From sequence record OP599913.1: DNA of 64,000 nt. One strand, written 5' to 3'. A program made the translations under genes and the position numbers. This document shows, one piece after another, positions 19,319-28,885 of the stretch. Positions within the stretch are counted from its first letter, which is position 1. Each line of letters starts with the position of its first letter. A model generated the notes under the pieces. It was not told the DNA's origin and did no database searches. It saw only the letters and a list, made by a program, of their open reading frames with translations.

Positions 19319-21625
19319 ATGAGTAAAGAAAAATTGAATCAGGACCTGAAAGGTGTAAGTAGTGAGATCCGTGCCGCATTGGGTACAGAGGATCCGGTTC
19401 TTACCCCTGACAGTGCAGCGGGTCAATTCCTCCAGGAAGTCCGTTACAAGTATCCCTGTGGGGAGAATCAAATCCATCCTGCGTTAGTGGGTGTCAGCAG
19501 TAACCTGATTCTCTTCCCGCACGAAGCCTCCGCGGGTCGTCTCTATATGGCGGGTAACATGATCCCTAAATCCGTGCCGACCGAAGGAGCGGGTGAACGG
19601 ATGATGGTAACCGGGTACGAATTTGAGGAACATTACGGTGGAACGGCTCGTAAGGTCGAAGCCCCTGCGAATATGCTGGTGGAAGAGATCTTCTTCGTTC
19701 AGAGTCTGGTTCCGGGTAAGGATACGGATGACTGGAATTCGATTTACGTGGTCTTTAAGAACGACGAACAGAACGCCTACGACCTTCTGGAGCTACCTCG
19801 GTATAATACCCATAACCACTACGTTGGGTTCGAATATAAATACGATAAAGAGAAACTCCGTAAGCTCCGTAAAGGTGCCACTTTCGCTAAAGGGACCGTC
19901 TTCGCTAAGAGTCCCCGTATCAGTGAGAATGGGGAATGGTGTTTTGCAATGCCGACCTTGGTAGCCGCCTATTCGGACCAAAGGACTGAAGAGGATGGCG
20001 TGCTTATCACCCGTTCCTATGCGGAACGTTCGGCCTGTATGTTCAAGCACGAGTTCAGCTATGAATGGAATGAGGATGAATGGATTCCTCTGATGCTGTA
20101 CGGAACGGACGAGAACCCCCAACCGCTTCCTGAGTCGGGTGATAACATTCGTGAGGATGGGATCGTCATGGGCTTCCGTCGCCGCATCAAAGAGAACGCG
20201 CTGGTTTCCCTGACCAAGAAGTCCCTACGAGAACCGGATCTTGTGTACGACAAGTTGTTTTACGCACCTGTGGATGCGGTTGTGATGTCAGTCACTGTTC
20301 GGTCGGATCGGATGAAGAACCGGTCCAATAACCGGGGTACGGATTACATCGAACAACACCACAATGCCATGCTGGACCGCTATGAGAAACGCCAGAATGA
20401 AATGTGGAACAATGTGATCCGGTGGTACGAAGGGAAGATCGCTGCCAACCGCGGGGAAGACATCCCCATTACCTTTAACCTCGATACATTCATTCGGAAC
20501 GCGTATGGTAACTATACCCGCAATGGGTTGGGTCGTATTAACCCGTTGGCCCGAGTGGAACGGTGGGATAAGCTGAAAGATTGGAACGTGACCATCGAAC
20601 TGAAGGAACGGGTTAAAGGTCGTGTTAAATTCAAGTACGCGGGTTTGAACGGTGACAAAGGGGTGTGTGTACGAGTCATTGAAGACGACGAAGCCCCAAC
20701 CTATCCGGACGGGACTCGGGCGGAGTTCATTAAAGATAACGTACCAGCGTTCCGTCGCCAGATCTTTTCGTTGCTTATGGAACTGAGTATCAACTATGTG
20801 AACATGAACGTTCAACGGGAAGTCAGACACCTACGGCTACAAGGGGATTATGAAGGCGCTTTCCAGGCGTTGATGACGTTCTATGAAACCGGTTTCCCTG
20901 AATTCAGTGAATTGGTTGCTCATGCGTTGGTTACGGAGGAGGAGAAACGTGAGCACGTCGACGATGTCTGTCGCCGGAAGATTTCCGTGCATGTGGTCAG
21001 TAACACGAAGTTGTATGGCGTGAACCTGATCAACGCCCTGCGTCGTCAATACCCGTATAAGCCGCAGAAAGCCATTATCGTGAACGCACTGGGGGAACGG
21101 GTGGAAACCGAGAACCCTATCCTTATCAGCTGTCAGGACATTATGCTTCTGGATAAGTTTGGTACGGACATGAGTGCGCAGAGTATGCCGAAGGCTAACC
21201 TCTTTGGTATGCCAGCGAAGATGAACGAAGGCAGTAAATACGCCACCCCCATGAAAGACAGTAATAACAAGAATACCGGTGAAACCGAAGGCCGGTTGCA
21301 AGTCAGTCACGCGGGCGGGCAGGAAATGATCAAGCAACTGGCTCTGGCGTATTCCCCCGAGAACCAGAAGAAAGCCTCCCAACGGGTTATTCGTGCGGAT
21401 GATCCGTTTGAGATTCCTCGGTTGATTAAACCGGAGGAGTATTTGGGGAATCGGGCGTTGAAAATGGCGGTGGGAATGTTGTCGGATTCGGGTTATCGGC
21501 TGCGGGCTGAACTGCCCAGTGATCGTCGGGAATATCCAACCTTTAACATGGATGAAATCCCAGGGTTAGATGACGAGACCTTGAAGCAGCTTCAGTCATC
21601 CGAGAAACCCACTCAAGAACCTTAA
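19319..21625 (+). CDS. rpoB: nvRNAP beta subunit, C-terminal part (phiKZ gp71-73-like), uninterrupted
   Basis: EEDGVLIT, REDGIVMG, KYAGLNGDKGV (RHGxKG equivalent), GETE. Confidence 0.88.
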   Translation: MSKEKLNQDLKGVSSEIRAALGTEDPVLTPDSAAGQFLQEVRYKYPCGENQIHPALVGVSSNLILFPHEASAGRLYMAGNMIPKSVPTEGAGERMMVTGYEFEEHYGGTARKVEAPANMLVEEIFFVQSLVPGKDTDDWNSIYVVFKNDEQNAYDLLELPRYNTHNHYVGFEYKYDKEKLRKLRKGATFAKGTVFAKSPRISENGEWCFAMPTLVAAYSDQRTEEDGVLITRSYAERSACMFKHEFSYEWNEDEWIPLMLYGTDENPQPLPESGDNIREDGIVMGFRRRIKENALVSLTKKSLREPDLVYDKLFYAPVDAVVMSVTVRSDRMKNRSNNRGTDYIEQHHNAMLDRYEKRQNEMWNNVIRWYEGKIAANRGEDIPITFNLDTFIRNAYGNYTRNGLGRINPLARVERWDKLKDWNVTIELKERVKGRVKFKYAGLNGDKGVCVRVIEDDEAPTYPDGTRAEFIKDNVPAFRRQIFSLLMELSINYVNMNVQREVRHLRLQGDYEGAFQALMTFYETGFPEFSELVAHALVTEEEKREHVDDVCRRKISVHVVSNTKLYGVNLINALRRQYPYKPQKAIIVNALGERVETENPILISCQDIMLLDKFGTDMSAQSMPKANLFGMPAKMNEGSKYATPMKDSNNKNTGETEGRLQVSHAGGQEMIKQLALAYSPENQKKASQRVIRADDPFEIPRLIKPEEYLGNRALKMAVGMLSDSGYRLRAELPSDRREYPTFNMDEIPGLDDETLKQLQSSEKPTQEP

Positions 21626-21664
21626 CCCCATGATAGACTCACGGTATGGAGAGGAATGTAACTC

Positions 21665-24600
21665 ATGGTAATGAAGATCAAACTCCGTGAATGGGCTAAT
21701 TTACCAGAAGAAACTGTTCTCCGTTGGTTAAATACCCGCCGGTGGGTGGAGGTTACGGATGACCTGGACCAGGTCGCTTTAACGGATACCTACGCCCTGA
21801 TCATTACCTGGCATGGAATGATCATCCACCGACATTATAACGATGTTCCCTATTCCATTAAGGAGATGGTACCCAGTAATAAGGTGGAAGGGGCTGAAGA
21901 CACCGTCTATAACGATGGAACCAACGCGACGCCTATTAACCAGTTCTTAAAGGTCATTCTTCCTACGATTATTGACCCGGTGGAAGTGGACGGGATTAAA
22001 CGGCTTATTCATATCTGGCAGAATAAGCTGAATAACCTGCTGGTGGTGATGAGTGAACGTTACGTTATTTCAGCCACCGCTGAATCCGTAGCGGAGTTCA
22101 TGGAAGATGAAGGGATCTCTGGAATACGGGACCGTGTCCTGAGCAAGGAGATTTCAATTGATGAGGGTGAGCGGGAGTTTGCGGATTATGTCCGGACCTC
22201 TCATTCCATTGCCAACAACACCCTCACCCTGCTGTCGCGTACGGGCGGGGTGGCCATTAACCAGGCGTATCAGAAGACGATCATCCGGGGTAAGGTCTTT
22301 GACCTGAACAACTCGATCATGCCGAATGCGATTACGGTTCCGTATGCGCATGGGATTACCAACCTGGCTGATATGCTGGGTGAACGGAATGCAGCGGGTA
22401 AAGCCGGAGTTTTGTCTTCAAAGATAAAAATCCCTGGTGGATGGAAGACCATGGGTAACATCCGGGTGGGTGATGAAGTCGTTACACCCGATGGAGGTAC
22501 CGCTAAGGTGCTGGCAGTTCACCCACAAGGTGTAACCAAGGTTGTACGGGTGCACTTCAAAGACGGTCGATATACTGACGTTAGTCCAGATCACCTGTGG
22601 AAGGTTAGACGTCATCATTGGTGCAACGATAAAGCCATGGCTAAACTCACTCGGGAGGAAGTGGAAGAACGTGTATGGCGAGTCATCACCACCAATGAGT
22701 TGAAAGACTATATTGGTCTGTCAACTAAGGTATACGTCCAACTGATTGAACCTGAAAGAAATGCCGATAAACCCTTCAAAATTCACCCGTATGTGCTCGG
22801 TGTCTTGTTGGGGGATGGATGCATTAGTCAAAAGGCTGTGGATATCACCAAACCTTATCAACAGCTATTCGATAAGGTCCAATCGCTATTGCCAGAACAT
22901 TTGGAGTGTGTTTGGCGGAGCAATGGTGATAAAGAACCTAAAACGTTCGGGATCCGTTTTAAAGATCGTCGGTCCGAACAGCACATCAACTGGCATATCC
23001 GTGATGGCCTGAAGGAACTGGGCTTGTATGGAATGCGGTCGTGGGGAAAAGTCATTCCCGAAGAATATCTTCACGGATCGGCTAAACAACGTTTGGAGCT
23101 CCTCCAAGGACTGTTGGACACAGACGGAACTGTGGACAAACACAAATCGGTTAGCTTTAGCTCTTCGTCTAAGTTACTCTCCCTCGGAGTGCAATACTTG
23201 GTCAGAAGCCTAGGGGGGATGGCACGTCTCCAAGAACGTACTCCCCACTACACCCACAATGGAGAAAAAAGGGAAGGTCGTACGGACTATCGGGTTTATA
23301 TCCGATACCCTCGACCAGAAGAACTCTTCACCCTAGACCACAAACGGGAACGTGCGGTCTCGCACCAGCATACGGAAACCCTGAGACTGCAAGTAACTCA
23401 TATTGAAGAACGTCCTGATGAGGAGACACAATGCATTACGATCGATCATCCTGATCATCTGTACATTACAGACGACTTCATTGTCACCCACAACAGCTTG
23501 ACCAATAACGGCAAGGCCCTGAAATCATCGGAATGGTTCCACCGGAAGGTGCATATCCTGTCCGCTGTGGTAGCGGATATCGATCATTTCACGGACTGTG
23601 GAACGACCACTACAGTGCCGATCCGAATTCCCAATATGCAAGCGGCAATGGCACTGTTGGGTAAATTCAGGGTAACCGATACAGGAGAATTAGAACTCAT
23701 TGATCAAACCACGGTGTGGTCAATTAAGCCAGGGGAGTGGGTTAATATTCGTAGTGTGGCCTTCTGTAATCACTACAATAGTGCTTCACCCTGCCGGGTA
23801 TGCTACGGGATGATGGCGAGCTCTATCCCGTATAACGTGATGATGAAGAAAGGGGCTGATGTCGGGATGTGGTGTACCACCTCGATCTGTAACCCCATCG
23901 GTCAGGGAATGCTCTCCACCAAGCATTTCATTCGGAATGCAACGACCCGTAAGTTCGTTCCTGCGACTAAGGATAAGAACGTTATCTATTCCAATGGTGA
24001 CGATATTTTCCTGACTAAGGAGCTCTGCGCACCAGGCACTGAATTGGTGCTCAAAGCCGATATTGTGAACATCCTCTCGGATATCCGTTCCTTGGATGTT
24101 CTGGACAACTTGAGCCTGGATAAACTCCCGTACTTCTCTGAAGTCACATTCCGCTATGAAGTCGAAGACATCATGATGGGGGGTAAGACCCTCCAGCAGC
24201 ACGCGGCCTGTACCTCGGTGTCGTCTCGGAATGCCCGGTTCTCGTTGGAGTTCCTGAACTATCTCCTGAGTAAAGGTTGGGCGAACGAAGGTAAGAAACA
24301 TATTACCGTTGATTTGAGTGAATGGAATACGCTCAGTCCTATCTTCACACTGCCGTATGTTCGTGAAGACTTGGACATGCACAGGGCTCGGGTAGAGAAC
24401 TTCATCACGTTCAATAAACGCAATAACGCCTGGAGACAGCAGATCGTTACACCCCGTCTCTTTGGTGAAGTCTTAGCGGAATACTGGGGGTTGATCAACC
24501 AGGAAACGAAAGGAATTAACATCATCCATCCTGAGGTCTTACTCTATTCCACGTTGTGTCGGGATCCCATGCGCGGGGATTATTCCCTGGCGAATGGTAA

Positions 24601-24769
24601 TGGACCTAAGTATTTCGTGAACTTCCAGGAGTGTATCAAAGGCAGAGGGGCGGGTATGCTAATGATCTACGAGAACCAGCAAAATGTGCTGAGCGATCCT
24701 AAGACATTCCGTGTGGTAAACCGTCAGGGGAGTCCGCTGGAGTGCTTCTTTAGCTTAGCGGTGAGTTGA
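21665..24769 (+). CDS. rpoC: nvRNAP beta-prime C-terminal subunit (phiKZ gp74-like) with intein
   Basis: Bridge-helix-like AAGK|SLTNNGKALKSSEWFHRK, Zn site C...CNH...CRVCYG, QGMLSTKH. Confidence 0.88.
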   Translation: MVMKIKLREWANLPEETVLRWLNTRRWVEVTDDLDQVALTDTYALIITWHGMIIHRHYNDVPYSIKEMVPSNKVEGAEDTVYNDGTNATPINQFLKVILPTIIDPVEVDGIKRLIHIWQNKLNNLLVVMSERYVISATAESVAEFMEDEGISGIRDRVLSKEISIDEGEREFADYVRTSHSIANNTLTLLSRTGGVAINQAYQKTIIRGKVFDLNNSIMPNAITVPYAHGITNLADMLGERNAAGKAGVLSSKIKIPGGWKTMGNIRVGDEVVTPDGGTAKVLAVHPQGVTKVVRVHFKDGRYTDVSPDHLWKVRRHHWCNDKAMAKLTREEVEERVWRVITTNELKDYIGLSTKVYVQLIEPERNADKPFKIHPYVLGVLLGDGCISQKAVDITKPYQQLFDKVQSLLPEHLECVWRSNGDKEPKTFGIRFKDRRSEQHINWHIRDGLKELGLYGMRSWGKVIPEEYLHGSAKQRLELLQGLLDTDGTVDKHKSVSFSSSSKLLSLGVQYLVRSLGGMARLQERTPHYTHNGEKREGRTDYRVYIRYPRPEELFTLDHKRERAVSHQHTETLRLQVTHIEERPDEETQCITIDHPDHLYITDDFIVTHNSLTNNGKALKSSEWFHRKVHILSAVVADIDHFTDCGTTTTVPIRIPNMQAAMALLGKFRVTDTGELELIDQTTVWSIKPGEWVNIRSVAFCNHYNSASPCRVCYGMMASSIPYNVMMKKGADVGMWCTTSICNPIGQGMLSTKHFIRNATTRKFVPATKDKNVIYSNGDDIFLTKELCAPGTELVLKADIVNILSDIRSLDVLDNLSLDKLPYFSEVTFRYEVEDIMMGGKTLQQHAACTSVSSRNARFSLEFLNYLLSKGWANEGKKHITVDLSEWNTLSPIFTLPYVREDLDMHRARVENFITFNKRNNAWRQQIVTPRLFGEVLAEYWGLINQETKGINIIHPEVLLYSTLCRDPMRGDYSLANGNGPKYFVNFQECIKGRGAGMLMIYENQQNVLSDPKTFRVVNRQGSPLECFFSLAVS
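22403..23494 (+). mobile_element. Class 3 intein (364 aa) with LAGLIDADG endonuclease
   Basis: Starts Ala; DHLW, TQCI, VTHN|S give W-C-T signature; LGVLLGDG and LQGLLDTDG motifs. Confidence 0.9.
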
Positions 24770-24838
24770 GTGGGTGACCCCGTTCGTTAGTGTGGACCTC
24801 TTAAGGGGGTCCTCGGAATCCCCCTTAAGAGGTTGATT

Positions 24839-27121
24839 ATGCGAGCAACAGCAACTATCAGCAAAGCGAATCATTACTTCAGAATCAACGGGTTCTATGA
24901 GGAATTCGCGGTTCGGGTAATTCTACCGTTTTGTAAACTGAATCTCTGCAAGATGGCTAAGAAGCCAATACCGGGTACCCGGAAGCAGGCGTGGTTTGTT
25001 CAACACGTCTTTGCTCGGTCGAATTATGACAAGAGTGAATACCGGCTACCCATTGAAACCCTTAAAGAGTTTGTGGAATTTGCAGGCTACAGGGGGTATA
25101 AAGAATCCCGCCTGAAGATTCAGGATGAACCGGAGATCGAAGGCAAGGATGTTGTATTCGAATTCAATCCAGGGTTTGATCAGTTCAGGGAGGGCCAAGG
25201 TGAATGGATCGACTACATGCTGAGCGATGGGCACCTGAAGGTCAATAACGCCTCTACGGGCTTTGGGAAGATGCAACCGCTGTACGCGAAGATCAAAGTC
25301 CCGGGTGGTTGGAAGACCATGGGGGAGATGACCATCGGTACCGAGGTCATTGCAGCGGATGGTACGGTCACTCAGGTGACCGGTGTTTACCCGCATGGTA
25401 AACAACCCATCTACCGTTTGCACTTCGAAGACGGGCGTTATACCGACGCGGGACTGGATCACCTGTGGAAAGTGTTTACAGAGGAGACTCAGGCATGGAC
25501 AGTCGTTGATACCCGTTCCGTACAGACCCTGTTGGCGAAAGAGCCAGAAGGGGTATTTATCCCTCTGTGTGAGCCTGAAGACGGTCCAGAGAAGCCCTTT
25601 GTACCGGACCAATTGGAAGGTTCCCGCCAACAACGGCTGGAATACTTACGGCGACTCATGGATGAGAAAGGGTATGTGCGTGATGACGGTAGCCTGTCCT
25701 TTTCCAGTGAGGATGAGGTGGAAAGTACTACGGTTCAATACCTGGTCAGGAGTCTAGGGGGTATTGCCCGAAAGGTACCGTCTACAGGACTGTACCGCCG
25801 TAGGCAATACCGGGTGTATATCAAGTACCCTCGTCCCGAGGAACTCTTTACCTTAGCGAATAAGGGTGGTGACCTGGCATCAAAGTCGGGTAACCAGTCC
25901 CTTAAACTCCGGGTGAGTCGTATTGAATTCATTGGGGAACACGAAGCCCAGTGTATCTCTGTAGCGCACCCGGATCGTCTGTACATCACGGACGACTTCA
26001 TTGTCACTCACAACACCTATATGGCCATCCACAGCATGGTGAAGATTGGTAAACGGACGTTAATCACCATGCAACCCCGTTACCAGATCAACTGGATACG
26101 GGAACTCAACAAGATCGTTAAACTCATTCCAGGGGATCTCTTAATCTGGGAGAATACCCTGGAATCGTTGTATGAGTGTTTAGAAGACGGGAAGTTTGAT
26201 CCTAAGATCATTATTATTCCGATGTCTCGTATTGAGGTCTTCCTCCGTAAGGGGAAAGAGACCCGAGACGGGTTACATATGGATGATTTGATCAAACGGA
26301 TCAATCCGGGATTAAGGATCATTGATGAAGGGCATGAAGCGATTCATCAGATCTTCTTGTCCTTAATGTTTGGGAATATCAAGAAACTCTTCCTGCTCTC
26401 AGCCACCTTGAAAGCAGACGATCCCTTTACGAACAAGATGTACCAGTACTTGTTCCCTAAGCGGCTACGGTTAAAGGAGGCAGAACCCGAGCATTACATC
26501 GATGTAGTGGCGTACCTGTATCGCCTCAACACCCGTCGTTATCATCTCAAGACGGATCAGTTTGGGGCGTATAACGATAAGACGTTTGAAAAGAGCATCT
26601 TAAAGTCGGGTGTACTCCTGGCATTCTACTTTAAACTGGTTAATAAGGCCTTTAAGGAGTATTACCTCAATGTGAGGCGTGAGGGAACGAAGTGCTTGTT
26701 CTTCTTCTCCAGGGTCAATATGTGCGATGCCATGTTGGAACTGTTCAGGAAAGAATATCCCGGTTGGGATTTCGAAACTTTTACTGGGGATGATTCCAAG
26801 CTGAAAGATAAGAAAGACAAGTACTTAAAGCACGAGATCATCATTACGACTCCGAACAGTTGTGGGACAGGTAAGGATATCGGGGGGTTGGTAACGGTGA
26901 TCTGCGCCCACACGGTTGCGTCGACTCAGGCTAATAAGCAGATCATTGGACGACTCAGGGCGTTGTCGGGTAAGTTCAATAATGAGATCGACCCTGCCTT
27001 TGTGTTCCTGGTGTGTTTGGACTTAGCGAAGCACGTGGAATACTTGGGCAAACGGGAACAGGTGTTCTTTGAGAAACAGAAGACCTTCAAGCGTATCAAT
27101 TCGGAATGCTCCCTGGACTGA
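24839..27121 (+). CDS. SF2 (UvsW-like) helicase with intein (phiKZ gp75-like)
   Basis: Walker A STGFGK|T, Walker B IIDEGHE, LSAT, QIIGRLR. Confidence 0.9.
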   Translation: MRATATISKANHYFRINGFYEEFAVRVILPFCKLNLCKMAKKPIPGTRKQAWFVQHVFARSNYDKSEYRLPIETLKEFVEFAGYRGYKESRLKIQDEPEIEGKDVVFEFNPGFDQFREGQGEWIDYMLSDGHLKVNNASTGFGKMQPLYAKIKVPGGWKTMGEMTIGTEVIAADGTVTQVTGVYPHGKQPIYRLHFEDGRYTDAGLDHLWKVFTEETQAWTVVDTRSVQTLLAKEPEGVFIPLCEPEDGPEKPFVPDQLEGSRQQRLEYLRRLMDEKGYVRDDGSLSFSSEDEVESTTVQYLVRSLGGIARKVPSTGLYRRRQYRVYIKYPRPEELFTLANKGGDLASKSGNQSLKLRVSRIEFIGEHEAQCISVAHPDRLYITDDFIVTHNTYMAIHSMVKIGKRTLITMQPRYQINWIRELNKIVKLIPGDLLIWENTLESLYECLEDGKFDPKIIIIPMSRIEVFLRKGKETRDGLHMDDLIKRINPGLRIIDEGHEAIHQIFLSLMFGNIKKLFLLSATLKADDPFTNKMYQYLFPKRLRLKEAEPEHYIDVVAYLYRLNTRRYHLKTDQFGAYNDKTFEKSILKSGVLLAFYFKLVNKAFKEYYLNVRREGTKCLFFFSRVNMCDAMLELFRKEYPGWDFETFTGDDSKLKDKKDKYLKHEIIITTPNSCGTGKDIGGLVTVICAHTVASTQANKQIIGRLRALSGKFNNEIDPAFVFLVCLDLAKHVEYLGKREQVFFEKQKTFKRINSECSLD
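25271..26014 (+). mobile_element. Class 3 intein (248 aa), Met-start, degenerate endonuclease
   Basis: MQPL...DHLW...AQCI...VTHN|T; first LAGLIDADG motif missing, second reads RRLMDEKG. Confidence 0.9.
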
Positions 27122-27161
27122 GGTCCCAGGGAGGTTCCCTTTATGTCGGGGTACTGCGACT

Positions 27162-27587
27162 ATGCCGCTATTCAAACGTCAGCCCATGCTGATCATTTCA
27201 TGCCCTAATATCGGACAGATCAGCTGGGTAGCCACTCAGTTGGTCGAGGATTCCCTTTACCACATCTTTGCGGATGGTTCACTCGTTGAAGATGACATTC
27301 TAGAAGAATGGTTAGAAACCGAAACCGAAGGCATCCTTTTTGATGAAGAGGGGGGTGTTAAAATGTCCCCCCTACTGCACGAGCAGGAATATTGGAACCT
27401 GGTTAAGGATCCTCACGCCATGACCGTGTTTTACACGGACGAAGCCCTCGGCATTCTGAATCACCTTTTCCAGTTAAATAAGGACAAGCTCGCAGAGGTG
27501 TCAAATACGCTCTCTGTTGAACGTTACTGGGTAATCCGACACCTACCTAACCATTGGCTCATAAAACTCTATGGTGACCCTAAATGA
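27162..27587 (+). CDS. Hypothetical protein
   Basis: ORF after helicase hairpin; ATG 27162. Confidence 0.55.
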   Translation: MPLFKRQPMLIISCPNIGQISWVATQLVEDSLYHIFADGSLVEDDILEEWLETETEGILFDEEGGVKMSPLLHEQEYWNLVKDPHAMTVFYTDEALGILNHLFQLNKDKLAEVSNTLSVERYWVIRHLPNHWLIKLYGDPK

Positions 27588-27964
27588 CCTATTCCTGCAA
27601 CCCTCACAGCCGTACTGTTAAGTCCCAGAACGTCAGAACCCCCGGAATGGAGTCTCTGCGTCAGAAATTCATCCTGAAGATTCTGGTAACCGAACGAGTT
27701 CGATGCTTCATGGATGAAGTGAACTTTGATATGTCAGGTGAATTTATCCGTAAGTTCATTACAGTGCCTCCGGAATATACCGAGCCTGAAACCATCGAAC
27801 AGTACATCCAAACCGAAGTCCTGGACATCATGGAAGCGTTTAAGCAGTATGAGGAGAATGCGGTGTACCAGGAGGACCTAAAAGCCCTGTTGCCGTATAA
27901 AGGTCATCGGTGGCATCTGGTGTCTTCAACAGACTCCGGAGTACTTATTACAGTCGAGGCATAG
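27584..27964 (+). CDS. Hypothetical protein
   Basis: ATGA coupling; C-terminal similarity in pattern to neighbours (W.L......VLI). Confidence 0.55.
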   Translation: MTYSCNPHSRTVKSQNVRTPGMESLRQKFILKILVTERVRCFMDEVNFDMSGEFIRKFITVPPEYTEPETIEQYIQTEVLDIMEAFKQYEENAVYQEDLKALLPYKGHRWHLVSSTDSGVLITVEA

Positions 27965-27969
27965 GGTGT

Positions 27970-28449
27970 ATGAAGTCTGTTATCATAAACCTCGATCCTG
28001 ATACCCGAGCGGAGCTGTATGCGGATGTTTCCAATACACTCATGGATTTCATCCTGATAGAAGCCTTAACGATCGCTTTAAAGGACTATTCGTCATCCGT
28101 AGAAACGCTCCAAGACGCTATAGCCGATCCTGAATACTACAAAAACGATCCGGATACGAACATTGAACAGTCAATTGAATTACTGCTCGATGTACTGAAA
28201 GAGCTAGACCGACAGGATGGAGAAGATGTCGAGTCTCCCTTTTACGACGTGTCCAGTTATTCGGATTGGCTCAGGGATAAACTGTGTTTAGCCATTAGCT
28301 CCATAACAGATGCTAATAGCCCCTTGGATTTCATGATGTTGAATGACGTCCTCACTCTTCCTGAACTCAGTAAACAGTTCAACTTCCAAGGGAAACACCT
28401 GAATAACCGTGTTGTCATGTTGCTAACTGGAGTCGATGACCATCTCTAG
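27970..28449 (+). CDS. Hypothetical acidic protein
   Basis: ATG 27970, terminator downstream. Confidence 0.55.
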   Translation: MKSVIINLDPDTRAELYADVSNTLMDFILIEALTIALKDYSSSVETLQDAIADPEYYKNDPDTNIEQSIELLLDVLKELDRQDGEDVESPFYDVSSYSDWLRDKLCLAISSITDANSPLDFMMLNDVLTLPELSKQFNFQGKHLNNRVVMLLTGVDDHL

Positions 28450-28461
28450 ACAGTACGCGTA

Positions 28462-28510
28462 TACTACCTCCCTTCCTTGCGGAAGGGAGGTAGTAGTCGT
28501 TTATTTATTT
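28462..28510. terminator. Bidirectional terminator
   Basis: 15-bp stem TACTACCTCCCTTCC/GGAAGGGAGGTAGTA, TTTATTT tail. Confidence 0.8.
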
Positions 28511-28547
28511 ATTTCAATGCCACTTCAAGATCCAGGAGATTGGTCTT
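28509..28547 (-). pseudogene. Orphaned duplicate of the 3' end of the virion RNAP beta-prime gene
   Basis: Minus strand reads KTNLLDLEVALK-stop versus KTNLLDLETALK-stop at 29930-29968; in-frame TAG 6 codons upstream of the K, no start. Confidence 0.85.
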
Positions 28548-28885
28548 GTATTCTAAGAAAAGACAAACCTAAATCATTAAAGTGAATAACCGCCAATCGG
28601 TGTTTCGATGTCTATCTCCGGCTCACAACCCTTCCACAAAGGCCACTCATTCAAACGCGTAGCTTATTAATCCTACCTCCCGCCCTTAACCGGGTGGTGG
28701 GGTTAGTATTCACCTTTATTTTAGTTAAAATCCTTATTATCTCTAAAACGCTCTGTAATGCGTTCTAAGAGGTTTTAATAAAACCCTAGGGTAGTGTTAC
28801 CTTACCTCTGTTTAACGCTTATACGCGTTAATAGACCCTTTAAAGAGGGTATTACCCTATTACCTTTCCATAAGGAACCTTTCTA

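Noticed and set aside
28575-28655. 26-codon minus-strand ORF LNEWPLWKGCEPEIDIETPIGGYSL
   Set aside because: TTG start with distant RBS; too short to support
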